Shown: piece after piece, positions 37,048 to 49,441 of the stretch
How the letters are laid out: every line of letters begins with the position of its first letter
Position numbering within the stretch: the first letter of the stretch is position 1
NCBI GenBank assembly: GCA_043228905.1
Contig: JBHGNT010000006.1
Span: 14,074,001-14,138,000 of the forward strand
From: Azolla caroliniana
Taxonomy: Eukaryota; Plantae; Polypodiophyta
Direction: 5' to 3'
Length of the DNA stretch: 64,000 nucleotides
Made by a program: the position numbers and the translations under genes
Notes under the pieces: generated by a model
Told to the model about the DNA's origin: nothing
The model's database searches: none
What the model saw: the letters and a program-made list of their open reading frames with translations, nothing else

Positions 37048-40000
37048 AACCGCGGGGGAAAAAGAAAGAAGGATAAAGAAGAAAGCTTGCTAGGGTTATT
37101 GGAGAAAGGGAAAAGAAATATTCGGTTCAAACTATCAAGAGTCACGACAGTTTGAACCGAATGAGTTGTGATGAGTGTATGGACTCTTATTTATAGGCCC
37201 TTATGGAGTATTCTAGAATGTTCTAGAATATTTTAGAATACTCAAGAGTCACGACAGTTTGAACCGAATGAGTTGTGATGAGTGTATGGACTCTTATTTA
37301 TAGGCCCTTATGGAGTATTCTAGAATGTTCTAGAATATTTTAGATATTTATGAATAATAATAATAATAAATATAATCATGAAATATTCAAGAACATTCTA
37401 GAATAATCTAGAATGTTCTAAATATCTCGTAATAACTAAACATATAATTATTATGATTACATCTCACATATGTTATTACAATGGTTAAAGTACAATATGT
37501 AAACCAAGAGGTTATGGGTTCGATTCCTGGTTCGCCAAGATGAATGTCATGATAAGCCAAGATGTATGTCTTCATGACACAGTCGAATTCCCCATCAATT
37601 CCATAACCGAGAAATATGTATTTTGTTGCATGGGGTGCCAACTTGGTCCTTTTCTCCCTAGGGATGAATGCATAGGCTTCACATCCTAATACACGAAGCC
37701 TGTCATAGGTCGGTTGTTTTTCATAACCATAGTGCTTGTGGCACTTCGAGCTTGATTGCTTTCGATGACGATAGATTGATCAGATATATTCCCATCTGCA
37801 ATGCTTCGGGCCAGAACTCCAGCTTTAGACCGGCTTGCTAGAGCATTGTCGTCCCCTCGCTTGGATCGTTTTGTTGATGTCGTCTGCAGTGCTTCGGCCA
37901 CTCCATTTTGCATGGGTGTGTATGGAACAGTCTTTTGATGCCTGGTCCCTTTGTCAGACTGGTACTGTTTGCAGGCTCGGGAGGTATATTCGCCTCCATT
38001 GTCGGATCAAAGTGTCTTCACTTTGTGTCTTGACCGATTCTCCACGTCAATTAACCATCGGGCGAAGATCTCGATCGCTTCGTCTTTGGACCTAATCGAA
38101 TAGGCCCAAACCTTCCGTGTTCAATCATCAACGAACATGATGAAGTATTGGGAGCCACCTAGTGATCGCTCAGGCATAGGCCCAAATATATCTGTGTGCA
38201 CGAGCTCTAAGGGTTGTCGTAGCATCTCATAATGGAGAGAGTGCAGACTTCGGGATTGTTTCCTGTATCAACAATGCTTGCAGAAGTTCGTCTTTTCTTG
38301 GAGTTTCAGAATGTAGCTAACTGCCATCAACTGATTGAGTCCGGCTTGAGACATATGGCCAAGTCGGCCATGCCATAAGTTCGGGTCGGTCTTTTCGGCT
38401 ACATTCACGGCCCCTTTTGGATTGATCTCCGTCATTGAATACAAGTTGTTGTACTTGTGTCCACTTCCAATTTTCGGGTTTCCACGACTAATCATCCATG
38501 TCAACTCACTCAGAGTTATCCTATACCCATCATTGGCTAACATGCCGATGGAGACTAGACTCCTTTTCAATGTGGGTACATGTCGAACTTGGTTTAGGAC
38601 AATCGTGTTGCCATTTGACAGTTGAATTGGTACTTCGCCAATTCCTGCGATTCTACACTCCTGCCCATTGCTAGTAGGATTGTGCCACTAGTGCCAACCG
38701 AATAGTTTGAAAACCATTCGATGTTCGGGGTTACATGAAATGTGGCGTCATAGTCCAACAACCACATATGTGCATCTTGTGCAATGTGAAGGACTTCTTC
38801 GATCATCGAGTCCTTTAAGGAGAGGATATCTCCGAAGAGTGGTTTTAGTCGGATCGTCCTCGATTCCGCTCGGATTGCTGACCACTCTCTTTCCTCTTGA
38901 TTGACCAACAGTCAGAAACATTGTGATTGGATTTTCTGTACTGGGTGCAGAAATCGCTTGGTCGACTGGTTCTCGACTTCGACCGATCGGTCTCCCCTCG
39001 TGTTGGATCGATTATGGTGTCGATCGGTTCTGTCGGCTTGTTCTTTTGATCAGCTCGGTCAGTTGATCGACTCAATCGAGTGGTGGGCTTCTACCGATTC
39101 GTCGATTGAGAGTCCCATCGATTTTTGCCGAATATCCTCGGTGAGGACTTGGTCGATCATTTCATCTAGATTTAGGATCGGATGGCTATTGGCAAATTTT
39201 GTGCATAATATCTCCCAACTCTCCGGCAAGCTCAATAGGAGGTCAAGGGCTTTAACTTCTTCTTCGAAGTTAATCTCTTGGGAGGAGAGTTCAGAAAACA
39301 CCCGGCTGAAGCTGTTGATGTGGGAGGTTGCAAGATCTGACTCTCTCATCTTCATATTGAATAGTTGTCGAATCAGTATGAGTTTCGATGAGGACTTCTT
39401 TTCATACACTGCTTGCAACTTCTCCCATAACGAGAAATTTGTTGTCTCTTTGGCCATGTTGAAATAAATATTCTCAGCCAAATGCATTCGGATGGTGGAG
39501 TGGGCGATTTCATCTAGTGATCTCCACTCTTCGGTTGGCATCGTAGTGGGCTTTTCACTATGTCGAATAACTTCGACTTGTCTTCTGATGATCAGCACAT
39601 CTTACATCATCTCCTTCCACAAGGCGAAATTTTTGCCATCAAACTTTTGGATTTCAACTCTTGTTCCGGATGTTGAAGCCCTATTCCCTTTTTGAAAGTG
39701 AGATTTTACTGACCTTGTCTTCTTTTTCAACTTTCTCTGCTTCTTTTGTTGTTGTCGAACAACAAGATGCTCTGATACCACTTGCGGTCTATGATGTTCA
39801 ATGTGTATGCGGAAATATATAGCCCTACTTGTGAGTTATGTGCTCAGCAAACAACCCAAAAAGTATGGTAGGAGAATAGACATAAGCATAGACACATTTT
39901 TTAGCTTTTAATGGAAGCTTTTGTTATTTCTCTGTTCTCTCTCTTGTAGAGACTCAAGATACAAGATGTAAGAAGAGTACTAAGTTACAACATTAGGTTA

Positions 40001-42099
40001 AATTGCTTATATACTAAGCCCTACCGATTTGGATGTGTTCACACTAGTAAGGATACAAAGGTGGAAGGAGTCAACCTTTTATACCAACAGTTCATTCTCG
40101 ATTTGAACGAGGTAAAATCAGCCATGTATGACAAAGGTCTCAAAACCGAGACGAACATCAAGTTGTGGCACAAGAGAATCGGCCACATCATCCTCCAACG
40201 GCTCCGAGCTATGCAATCAAAGGGAGTCGTCATCAGACTTTTGGACTTTGAGTCGAAACGATTCGACCAAGTGTGCGAAGCATGCCAACTCGGCAAACAA
40301 CATCGACTCCATTCCCAAAGGAGAACTACCTAAGTAAAGGCCTCCTTGACATGATCCACTTGGATGTATGGGGACCAGCTCAAACACCGACCGTCGGAGG
40401 ATGCCAGTACTACGTCACCTTCATCGACGACTACTCGCACTACACGTGGATCTTCCCGATGAAGAAGAAGAGTGAAGTGCTCTCACACTTCCAAAAGCTC
40501 AAGAGCCAAATCGAAAAAGAAACCAGTCGGCACATTCGATGCCTACGATCGGATGGAGGCAATGAGTACTTCTCCGAGGAATTCATCTCCTACCTCCAAG
40601 ATGAAGGCATCCGGAGAGAATTCTCATGCCGACACACCCTAACAAAATGGAGTAGCCAAAAGAAAGAATCGGCATATACCTGAGGTAGGACGGGCCATGT
40701 TGCATGAGAAGCACATGCCGAATTTCTATTGGGCTGAAGTTACATCCATGGCTGTCTATCTCATGAATCGATGCACCACTAATGGAGTAAATGAGCTAAC
40801 TCATACGAGATCTTTGTTGGAAGGAAGTTGATCCTTTCACGCCTCAAAGTGTTCAGAAACATTGCAGATGTACGCATCTCGAATGAAAAACGACAAAAGC
40901 TCGACAACGAAGTCAGAGAAATGTATCCTCACACGTTTGGGAAAAGGGGATAAAAGTGCTTTAACCCCTCGACTCGAGTGATTTGGGTGAGTTGGGAAGT
41001 AGTTTTCGACGTATTGGCATCATGGTATGAGCCCGATTTGGCTCCATCCGAGCCGACCGAGGAATAGTTGGTCGTCAACTCGGATGACGATATTTAGCAA
41101 AGTCCTTTACCAAAGGACAATCCAAGCTCTACCATCATGGCCAAGTCCGAAATTGGACAAAGGCAAAGGTAAGATGCCTGAATATAAGGTCGACCACCCC
41201 AACGACAGTGATTTGGATGTGTCGGCTCGCTCACTAGATAGTGAGTTTGGTGTACCCATTATGCGGACACCCAGAGTAAAAAAGGCGCTCACATCTGCAA
41301 ACGAAAAACTCTTACGCTCATCTCGAGAGAAGAACCCGATCACTCGGTTCGGCTACAACGAGTATATGGCCCATCATTACGCCTTTGCGATGAAGGTCAC
41401 GGCCGAACAAGAGCCCGAAAGCTTTATGGAAGCTGCTTGTGACCCCCGATGGTTAGCATCCATGGATGTGGAGATGCAAGCACTCGGCCTTCAACCATTT
41501 AGCGCTACAAGCCTTCGTCATAGGCTTGAGGGGGAGGAACCGAAACTGCCACGAAAATGCCGACTTCGAAAGCCGAACAAAAGCTGACATCGAAAGTCGG
41601 ACAACCTCGAAAGCAAAACCGGATGTCAGACGCCTCACACTTGAGCTTGAGGGGGCGTGTTGAGATATCAAACTCAACTAGGTTTAGTTATTTAGTCAAC
41701 CATGTAACTTAGTAGCTACATAATTAGAATCTAGTTAGAAGTGTTGACTTTAAAGCCTTAAATAGGATTTTGTACTTAGTGGGGATGCATTCTAGATCCT
41801 CCACTACCAAGTTCATTAAATATAGGACTTACATCCTCATACCTATATTCTCCTCACATATGTGCACCCTTGGACACGAGATGTATATATACCTCATTGT
41901 GGGTATCCTTGTTCTTTGATGTTTGTCAATATAGAGAAAGGTCTTTAGCTACACTCTCGTTAATCATCCCCCATTTATCTCATTGCTCATAAGTGTAACT
42001 TCCTCTATCTCTTTCTTTCACACACATATCACATACGTGATTCACTTCTCACATAATTAGACACTAATTAACACTTAGTTAATTACCTAAGTATTAACA

Positions 42100-42880
42100 A
42101 TTTTTATGTGTCTTTTGGATCTTTTTGCTAGCTTCCCATGTGAGTCTTGGAAGTCAATGTGAAGTTCCTTATTGAACCTTGAGCATGTATTCAACAACCC
42201 TTTCCATGGCCATGATCTAAGCAAGAAGTGATCTCGTCTCAAGAAGTAGGAGGGTGTATAACTTTTGTTTCTTGACTTCAAGAAACTCTATAAGAAAATG
42301 CTTTTGAAATTTTTTGAGCTCTTTTTAAGTTGACTTGCAAATGCAACTACTCTGTACTTCCACCCCATAGAGAAGCACAAATGTCACCAAAGTGTAATAA
42401 AGGTATTTGTCGAGGACTCAATACCTAATATCTCAATGATTGCTTTTGTTCTCAAATGTATAATACACTCTCTTTCTCCCCTGTAGGTGATGGGTGGCAC
42501 ATTCATTCCATCTGATTTTCAACGGATCTTTAGAACCAAGGTGCTTAAACCTTTCCAAGTGGCTCATTATTATACATAATGCATGTTTTATCCTTATTTA
42601 GGCTCTTCACAAACATAAACTTTGTTTTAGAGCTATTAACCCTCAACTTTGTATGCATGAGACACTCTTCCAATGCCCACGTAAGCTTGTGTGCATCTCC
42701 TAAACTATTTGCAAAATGTACCACATCATCTACCATATAACAAAAGCATGATGACTACATTCGAAATGACAACTTCTTCAATGTCTTCTTCCTTTAGAAA
42801 CTTGGCAATCCTTTGTTCTAATTCATCACTACACAAACCAAATAGAGTTGGTGAGAGGGGACATCCTTGCTTAACACCAA
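42100..42880 (-). mobile_element. Non-LTR retrotransposon (LINE) fragment, 5'-truncated and degenerate
   Basis: Minus strand encodes GVKQGCPLSPTLFGL and a frameshifted LLLY-DDVV, then LRVNSSKTK: LINE RT motifs. Ends at a (GATA)n/(GA)n tract. Confidence 0.82.
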
Positions 42881-43914
42881 GAGATAGATAGATAGATAGT
42901 TATAGAGAGAGAGAGAGAGAGGGAAAGACTCCATGAACAAATCCTAAATGAAGATAAAAAGAGGGAATGTAAGATTGGTCATGTCTACCCATAAACAAGC
43001 GCCACCAAATGCCTCATCTTGATTGTACTATTGTGCTTGTAGAGTCTTAACTCAAGGCTCGAATACTTCCAAACGATGGGTTGTTTGTGTTTATGGAGAT
43101 GGTGTTTGCTTCCTCTCCCAAGATGAGCTTGGGAAAAAATGGATTAAGCTAGTTGTTTGGGGGCAAATGGAACATGGGGAGGGAAAGTCAATGCCCTTGC
43201 ATATATTATTCCAATGGATATGGGAGTGCCTTATCTACGAAAGTTCCATGGACACTTTTGGTCTTTAATTGCATGACATGGTGCAAATTATCTAAACCCC
43301 TCTCGAAATACAAAGTGGCATCTCTACTTTAGATGTCAAATTATATAAAATACATCTATAAATGCAATATTCTTCTAGTTCTATGTCTTCATTACATGGT
43401 TGGCAATGGGCATAACATATTGTGAGTTGCTACTTTCTTCCATCTTCTAATATCTAACATGAGGGAATGCAAAGAGGTGCATATTTGTCTAATGTTCACC
43501 TACAAGCTAGGCGTGTATCCATGTATGTAGGGTAAATGATGAAACAATCAATGAAGACTTGTAGAATAATGAGATGTTAACCCATGCCCTCAACACAACT
43601 CACTTTCCCCTTGTTAAGCCCTAAATTGGGGTAGTCCCAAAAGTAATGAATGGTTTTCATTGGTATAAGTATATACCATGCAACGTTAACCAAGTAGTGA
43701 AATGAACATTACAATTTCTGATGTTCGATTGCTACTAATTGCATTGAGGAAGCAAGCAAAACTTTAGCTACCATGGTGGATGATGTCGTAGATTAGGTTT
43801 GATTGACCTCTTGTGGCTTTGCTCATATCATAGGTGGTGAGCGGTTTTTCCATGTGCTCTGGTTTATTGTGATGAGAGTTGCATCAAAAGCCATGACATT
43901 GAGCAATTGGGGCA

Positions 43915-43917
<3 letters not shown>

Positions 43918-43973
<56 letters not shown>

Positions 43974-44249
43974 ACGCACGTGCGAGTGATGATGATGTGG
44001 GGGGGTGGGGTAGGGTTGTCCTTAGATCTTTTTCCTTATCTTTGACTCAAGTAGGTAGTAGTGGTGGTGGTGGTGGTGTCTACAATCTATGTACATATGT
44101 GGTGTGTAAGAAGAAGGATCTTTGAACCCCCCACCCCCCCCCCAAAAAAAACAATCTCTTTTTCGTTTCTCATCCCTTTTTATTTAACACATAAACAAAT
44201 GTTCTCTCGCTCTTCTATGTGTGTATTAAAACAAGACGACACCACACAT

Positions 44250-44294
<45 letters not shown>

Positions 44295-44501
44295 CTCTTT
44301 ATATACATACACATACATGACTATGATGGAACTTTCAACCTTTTTTACGCCCATCTCTCTCTCTCGGAGCGCGCTCGCACAAAAACACACGCACACGCGC
44401 GCGCGCACACACATATACTCTCTCTCTCTCTCTCTCATTCGCTTTCGTTGTTGCTACAGTTCTCCTGCAACAAGCTCGTGGGCAACCCCACCCCCCCTCG
44501 T

Positions 44502-44548
<47 letters not shown>

Positions 44549-45365
44549 GTGGATGCGTGTTGCTGCAGCTGCTACTACCTGCTTGCCCTGCCTTTTACTC
44601 AGCGCCTTGTCCCCCCCACCTCTCCCTTTTAAGTCTAGACTCTACACCCCTCCTCTCTCTCTCTCTCTTTCTCCCTACCTATTATTCCTCCACCTATGAT
44701 AGGATGCTCCTATTTATTAGTAAAGTAAGGTAAGGTAAAGACGATGGTAGGAGGGGGGGGGGGGGCTAGCTGAAGAGTTCTCATACATATTTAATTAGAT
44801 AATACCCCTACATTTCACCGCACATGCCCCCCCCCCCTCTCTCTCTCTCTCTCTCTATCTATATTTTTGTTATTATTGTTTACAATTTTCTGTTTCTCTT
44901 GCATATTGTTTGTTTGTGTACACTTATCCCTTATCTATTGCTTAAACGAAGGGGACTCTGTGTCTCTCTCTCTCTCTGCTTTAACAGTAATTCCAACATT
45001 CACCTGAACATTGTTATGATCCCATCTCATTTTGCTCAATTATATGATGCATTATTCTTCCTCAACAATACTTTCTCTCTCTCTCTCTCTCTCTCTCTAG
45101 CGTTTTTGCTCCATGACCTCCATCCACTAACCTTAACTACTCGCATAGTCCGTCCTCAACAATCTCAATCATCTAATCTCTCTCTCTCTGACTGCGATCT
45201 TGTAGACGACGGCGCTCCTTGCGAAAGCCCTACATTTGAACCATGCAAACCCTAACCTCCACCTTGATACGACATTTGAAGCATTGATCAAATTTAGCAG
45301 CAAAGTTAGCAATCTCTGTTTCTCTCTCTGTCGAGAGAGAGAAAGAGAAAGAGTCTGTCTCTCTC
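43918..45365. repeat. Microsatellite-dense upstream region: (TG)n 43918-43972, many (CT)n/(GA)n tracts, G and C homopolymers
   Basis: Directly visible simple repeats upstream of the LRR gene. Confidence 0.95.
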
Positions 45366-45432
45366 TTCCTCCCTCCCTTCTAGTTGTTGACCTTGGCCGT
45401 CGTGAATTAAAAAAAGGGCTAGCTAGGGCTGA

Positions 45433-46914
45433 ATGAAGCAAAATAAGATGAAGAAGAGCCTTGTGCACATGCACATGCACTTCTTCTTCATCCTCCTCCT
45501 CCTCCTAGTAATAATCATAATATTAATGATAATAGAAGGTGAAGGGGCAGCAGGGGGCATGACGACGCTGAAGGTGAAGGTGAAGGTGAAAGTGGAGGAG
45601 GAGGAGGAGGCGGCGGCCCCAACCCCCCAAATGAGCAGCGGCGAGGAAGAGGCACTGTTCGAGGTGATGGAGTCAATGGCGGGGGAGGTGGCGTGGCGAT
45701 CCCTGCACCCTCAGCCTTGCACTTACGACACTTGGGAGGGCCTGGTGTGCGAGCAACTCCAAGATGGGCTCCTCCATGTCACAAGACTTGACTTCGGCTA
45801 CAAACCAAACCCTACTTGTACCAGCAATGCATCCATCCCCTTGGCCATCACCAGGCTCCCTTGGCTCAGGAGTCTCTTCATCTTTGAGTGCTTCAATGGC
45901 CATAACACCACTATCCCCCCTTTCCTTGCTAAATTGGCACCCTCTCTCCAGGAGTTGAGCTTCAGAGCCAATTCTGCACTTGTCGGTGGCATCCCCGTCG
46001 AGCTCTCCACCCTCTCATCCCTCCAATTGCTTAGCCTGTCACAAAACAATCTCCATGGCACCCTCTCCCAGGACCTGTCCCGCCTTCGCGCACTACAACA
46101 CCTCGATTTCAGCGACAACCTACTCTTTGGGACACTCCCCCCAGAGTTGGGCGCCTTACAAAACCTTGTCATTCTTGACCTTAGCACTAATTTGTTCACC
46201 GGATCTTTGCCGTCCTCGTGGGGCAACTTGACCAAGCTCCAAAAGCTCGACTTGAGCCTCAATTCACTTCGTGGGCCACTCCCACCCGAGTTCGGGAACC
46301 TTCAGAACTTGCAATTTCTGGCTGTCAATCAAAATTCAATCAATGGACCATACCCGGCTTCAATGGCAAACCTTGGGAGTCTGCAATACCTTATAATGGA
46401 CAACAACCCCATGAATTCCACATTACCGAGCTTCATAGGAGCATTTAAAAGCTTAATGGCATTGAGCCTGTCCAACTCTGGATATTCCGGGGATATTCCC
46501 TCATCGCTCAGCATGCTTAGAAACTTGACAGTGTTGTCTTTGGATAGGAACAATTTGTCCGGAGAGATTCCCCAAGGCTTAGGGAATCTCGACAATCTTT
46601 ATCAGCTTAATTTGAGCAAAAATAGTCTGAGTGGGCCGATTCCTTTCTCCCCGCAGTTTGTGACGAAGCTTGGGCGAAACATGGACCTTCGTGGAAATCT
46701 CGGTTTATGTTCACATTGGTCGGACCCTAAGATTTCAATCAACACACCTGGCTTGCAAGGTGTGGGTATGTGTGGTGACCCCAAATATTCGACTTTGTTA
46801 AGCTCATCAGATTCATGCAATATGAGACTAGGCATACTAGGCAGGTCCTCATGGAAAGCTGCAGTGCTATTCTCAGCTTCAATGCTCATCTTTAATAGTA
46901 ACTTTGGGTTGTGA
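45433..46914 (+). CDS. RLP29: LRR receptor-like protein, RLP29/PII-2-like (TMM-related group), single exon, no kinase domain
   Basis: Hydrophobic signal peptide; N-cap EEEALFEVMESM...WRSLHPQPC...HVTRLDFG.PNPTC closely resembles Arabidopsis RLP29 as recalled; about 9-10 plant-type LxxLxLSxNxLxGxIP repeats; LGRNMDLRGNLGLC C-cap; hydrophobic tail. Exact start ATG and orthology uncertain. Confidence 0.88.
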   Translation: MKQNKMKKSLVHMHMHFFFILLLLLVIIIILMIIEGEGAAGGMTTLKVKVKVKVEEEEEAAAPTPQMSSGEEEALFEVMESMAGEVAWRSLHPQPCTYDTWEGLVCEQLQDGLLHVTRLDFGYKPNPTCTSNASIPLAITRLPWLRSLFIFECFNGHNTTIPPFLAKLAPSLQELSFRANSALVGGIPVELSTLSSLQLLSLSQNNLHGTLSQDLSRLRALQHLDFSDNLLFGTLPPELGALQNLVILDLSTNLFTGSLPSSWGNLTKLQKLDLSLNSLRGPLPPEFGNLQNLQFLAVNQNSINGPYPASMANLGSLQYLIMDNNPMNSTLPSFIGAFKSLMALSLSNSGYSGDIPSSLSMLRNLTVLSLDRNNLSGEIPQGLGNLDNLYQLNLSKNSLSGPIPFSPQFVTKLGRNMDLRGNLGLCSHWSDPKISINTPGLQGVGMCGDPKYSTLLSSSDSCNMRLGILGRSSWKAAVLFSASMLIFNSNFGL

Positions 46915-48756
46915 AGCGAATTCGAGCCAAATTGTGAAGAGAATGTCATGATGATATGGCGGCAGCATCAACAACAACGACAACAACGACAACTTATATA
47001 TAATTAATTGGTTCCTATGCATGCCAACTTAGGAAGGATGTCGTCTGTTCATCATTACATGTATTAAAGGGTTTATAAGTACTAAAAGAAGACCTTTGCA
47101 TTTTCTTCCTTTGATAGTTTCCATTTTTCTTCCCTTATTATGAGGAGAGAACGGCCATTCTCGGTGGGGTGGTGTACAACAAAGAAGGCTGCCACTTCTG
47201 GTACCACACAAATCTCTGATAAGATAGAAAATATATACATCCCTGCTGATCCATCTCTATATTCTTGCTTCCTGTTCCAGCTATAACATAATATGCCATT
47301 CTTATTTGTATAGTCACATGGTGTCTTGCCTTCCTCTTCTACAGGCATTTGTGATAAGGTTTCCACAGGCACAGCATTAATGTTGCATATGGTCTCTTTT
47401 ATATCTATCTCATTGTTTTTATCCTATGACTAGTTAATTCTCTTCGATGATTTCATGGATGAGGGGGGTCTAAGCATTTTTAACCATCACCTATTGCTTG
47501 CTAAGCTTCACTGGCTTTTAATCCTCCGGTTTCCCCAAAAATCTCCCCCTCCTTTAACTCTATTATCACGGGGGATAAATATAATTAATGGTGAACTCTC
47601 CTGAGTATTTGCAGCAATTTTTGTGTTCGGTTTTTTTACTCTGTGAAGTAGCTAGGCACTGGTAGGTTATAACTTATATATATGTATGTCTTATTACATT
47701 GTCGATGAAGTGTGAGCACTATCAAGCAAATAAATGCATTGACTTAATGTCTTACTCTGCGTCGGGAGAAGATATGTCATAAAAGAATGTAATATAATAT
47801 GCACTATACCAAGAGGTGAGAAACCAATCAATAGTATTTACATCTCCAGCTAGAGGCATTAAACAAGAGAGGGCATATAAGTATGTACATATGTAATAAT
47901 GTATGGCTGCCAATTGAGACTTAACAACATGTGGAATATCACATACACAATGGAGTTTAGGATGGAGTAGTCTAAACAAAGTGTCCGAATCAGATGACTT
48001 GCTAGGATCCTTAACTTCACAAAATGAGCAACTTGATGCACAAAAAAATATTAAATAGTGGTTGCTCCATATTAGTAGAAGAAAGATCTCATACGATTGT
48101 AGTTCGCAAACATCATACTTATTGCCCAACACAAACATTGTAACAACACAACCATTGCGCGAAATCCCAAGTTGACAAGGCTAAGGAAATAGACATTCCT
48201 TTCAAGACATTGGCTAAAGACATGGTAACGTATATATGTGTTTTTGGTTCTAGTGTCTCTCTCCACAACCAACTAGAAGGGAAGAAAATATCAAACTAGA
48301 GTTTTTCATATAGTAAATGAAGGTTTACATGTACATATCCCCTATTAGTTTTGTTCAATCTAGAAAGCACATATCTCGAGAAATATATATGTACATATAT
48401 CAAGCTTCGAAATTTCGAGACAAAAAGCAAATGTTTCCGTTTAGCTAGCATGTATGTGGAAAGGCACATACATGCATGCATGTAGCTATGTGCTCTTTGG
48501 AATATGTATTGTTCATGTACAATGAATTTTAGATTCTACCTCTACGTTGTCAATAGTATAGCAACTTGAAGGATCACATCCTTCCATCAATGGGGTCTGT
48601 TTGTGGGCCATTGCTAGTTGGAAAGTTGTTGAATAATATATGAACAAAAATATTTAGACCGTCTACGGTTATTGGCATGGCAAACGTTTAAGTGAAAATA
48701 TTGATATGTGTGCGTGACTTAACTTCGTTAAGTGTGGAAAGTACGGATGTGAAGAA

Positions 48757-48758
<2 letters not shown>

Positions 48759-48800
<42 letters not shown>
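48759..48800. repeat. (AT)n microsatellite
   Basis: Directly visible. Confidence 0.95.
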
Positions 48801-48803
<3 letters not shown>

Positions 48804-49322
48804 TTTAAACTTTGAAGTTTGAGTAGATGAACTATTCACTTTGTGTATCTAGCATGCATCTAGAAGTGCACATGCATGCATACAATGCTTAACCTATGGG
48901 ATGCAAATAATGCCACACATATTGTACAAACCAATATCTTTTGTTTGTTTGTGTTTTTAGCAAACATGCAAAGTTTTAGATTTTTTCTATGTGTTTTTAA
49001 CAAATAATGTACAAACATTACTTCCTTATATGTTAAATGAAATTTTTATTTTAAACACAATCACTTACCACAATGGGAATAGTTGCAATAAATATAAAAA
49101 CATTGAGGTCCAACAGCAAAATTATGTGGTTCAAAATAATATTGCATAAATAGTATTTTGTTCATTACATTATGAGATTGCCCCTCAGGTCTCGATGCTT
49201 CACTGATTCTATGCAGGGGCACAAGCCAGGCGAGACTTACTGCCATTCCCTTCCGCCTCTAGAAAAGCCAGCAACATAGACCCATGGGAATGCCTTGGGC
49301 AGAAAACGAAGATAACTAAAAA

Positions 49323-49441
49323 AGGGTGCAACACCAAGACTTCCCAAGAGGTCACTCATCCCAGTACTGTTCTAGCCCAACCACAATTAACTATGGAGTT
49401 TCAATGAGATTTGGTGTATTAGCACTAATATGACCACATCA
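49323..49441 (-). pseudogene. 5S rRNA: Degenerate full-length 5S rRNA copy with oligo-T terminator
   Basis: Minus strand GATGTGGTCATATTAGTGCTAATACACC...AGTTAA...AGTACTGGGATGAGTGACCTCTTGGGAAGTCTTGGTGTTGCACCC then TTTTTT; colinear with plant 5S over ~119 nt with many C>T/G>A changes. Confidence 0.88.

Larger units (their letters stand above)
31747..37579 (-). mobile_element. Ty3/Gypsy chromovirus H (Tcn1-like), young, intact gag and pol, rearranged 5' LTR
   Basis: TSD CAGTC at 31742-31746 and 37580-37584. 3' LTR 31747-32295; U3 parts of the two LTRs look identical by eye. PPT adjacent to 32296. C-terminal chromodomain. Confidence 0.96.
18209..40089 (-). mobile_element. Ty1/Copia element E, old, full length, hosting F, G and H
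   Basis: TSD GTTCA at 18204-18208 and 40090-40094. LTRs 18209-18509 and 39783-40089, visibly diverged. PBS TGGTATCAGAGC 39780-39769. Gag 39059-39598, integrase ~37600-38570, RT/RNase H 18727-20200. Confidence 0.93.
17461..42099 (+). mobile_element. Ty1/Copia element D, 5'-truncated, RT/RNase H deleted, split by element E
   Basis: Gag/PR 17461-18208 (WFVNSGASHHM). Frame resumes at 40090 (GQMF|ILDLNEVKSAM) with integrase to ~41480. PPT 41645-41656, 3' LTR ~41658-42099. Confidence 0.85.

Noticed and set aside
43803-45480. ORFs of 60-212 aa upstream of the RLP gene
   Set aside because: They are translations of (CT)n, (GA)n and (TG)n microsatellites.
45433-46914. Calling the LRR gene TOO MANY MOUTHS (TMM)
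   Set aside because: N-cap and C-cap motifs fit RLP29/PII-2 better than TMM as recalled.
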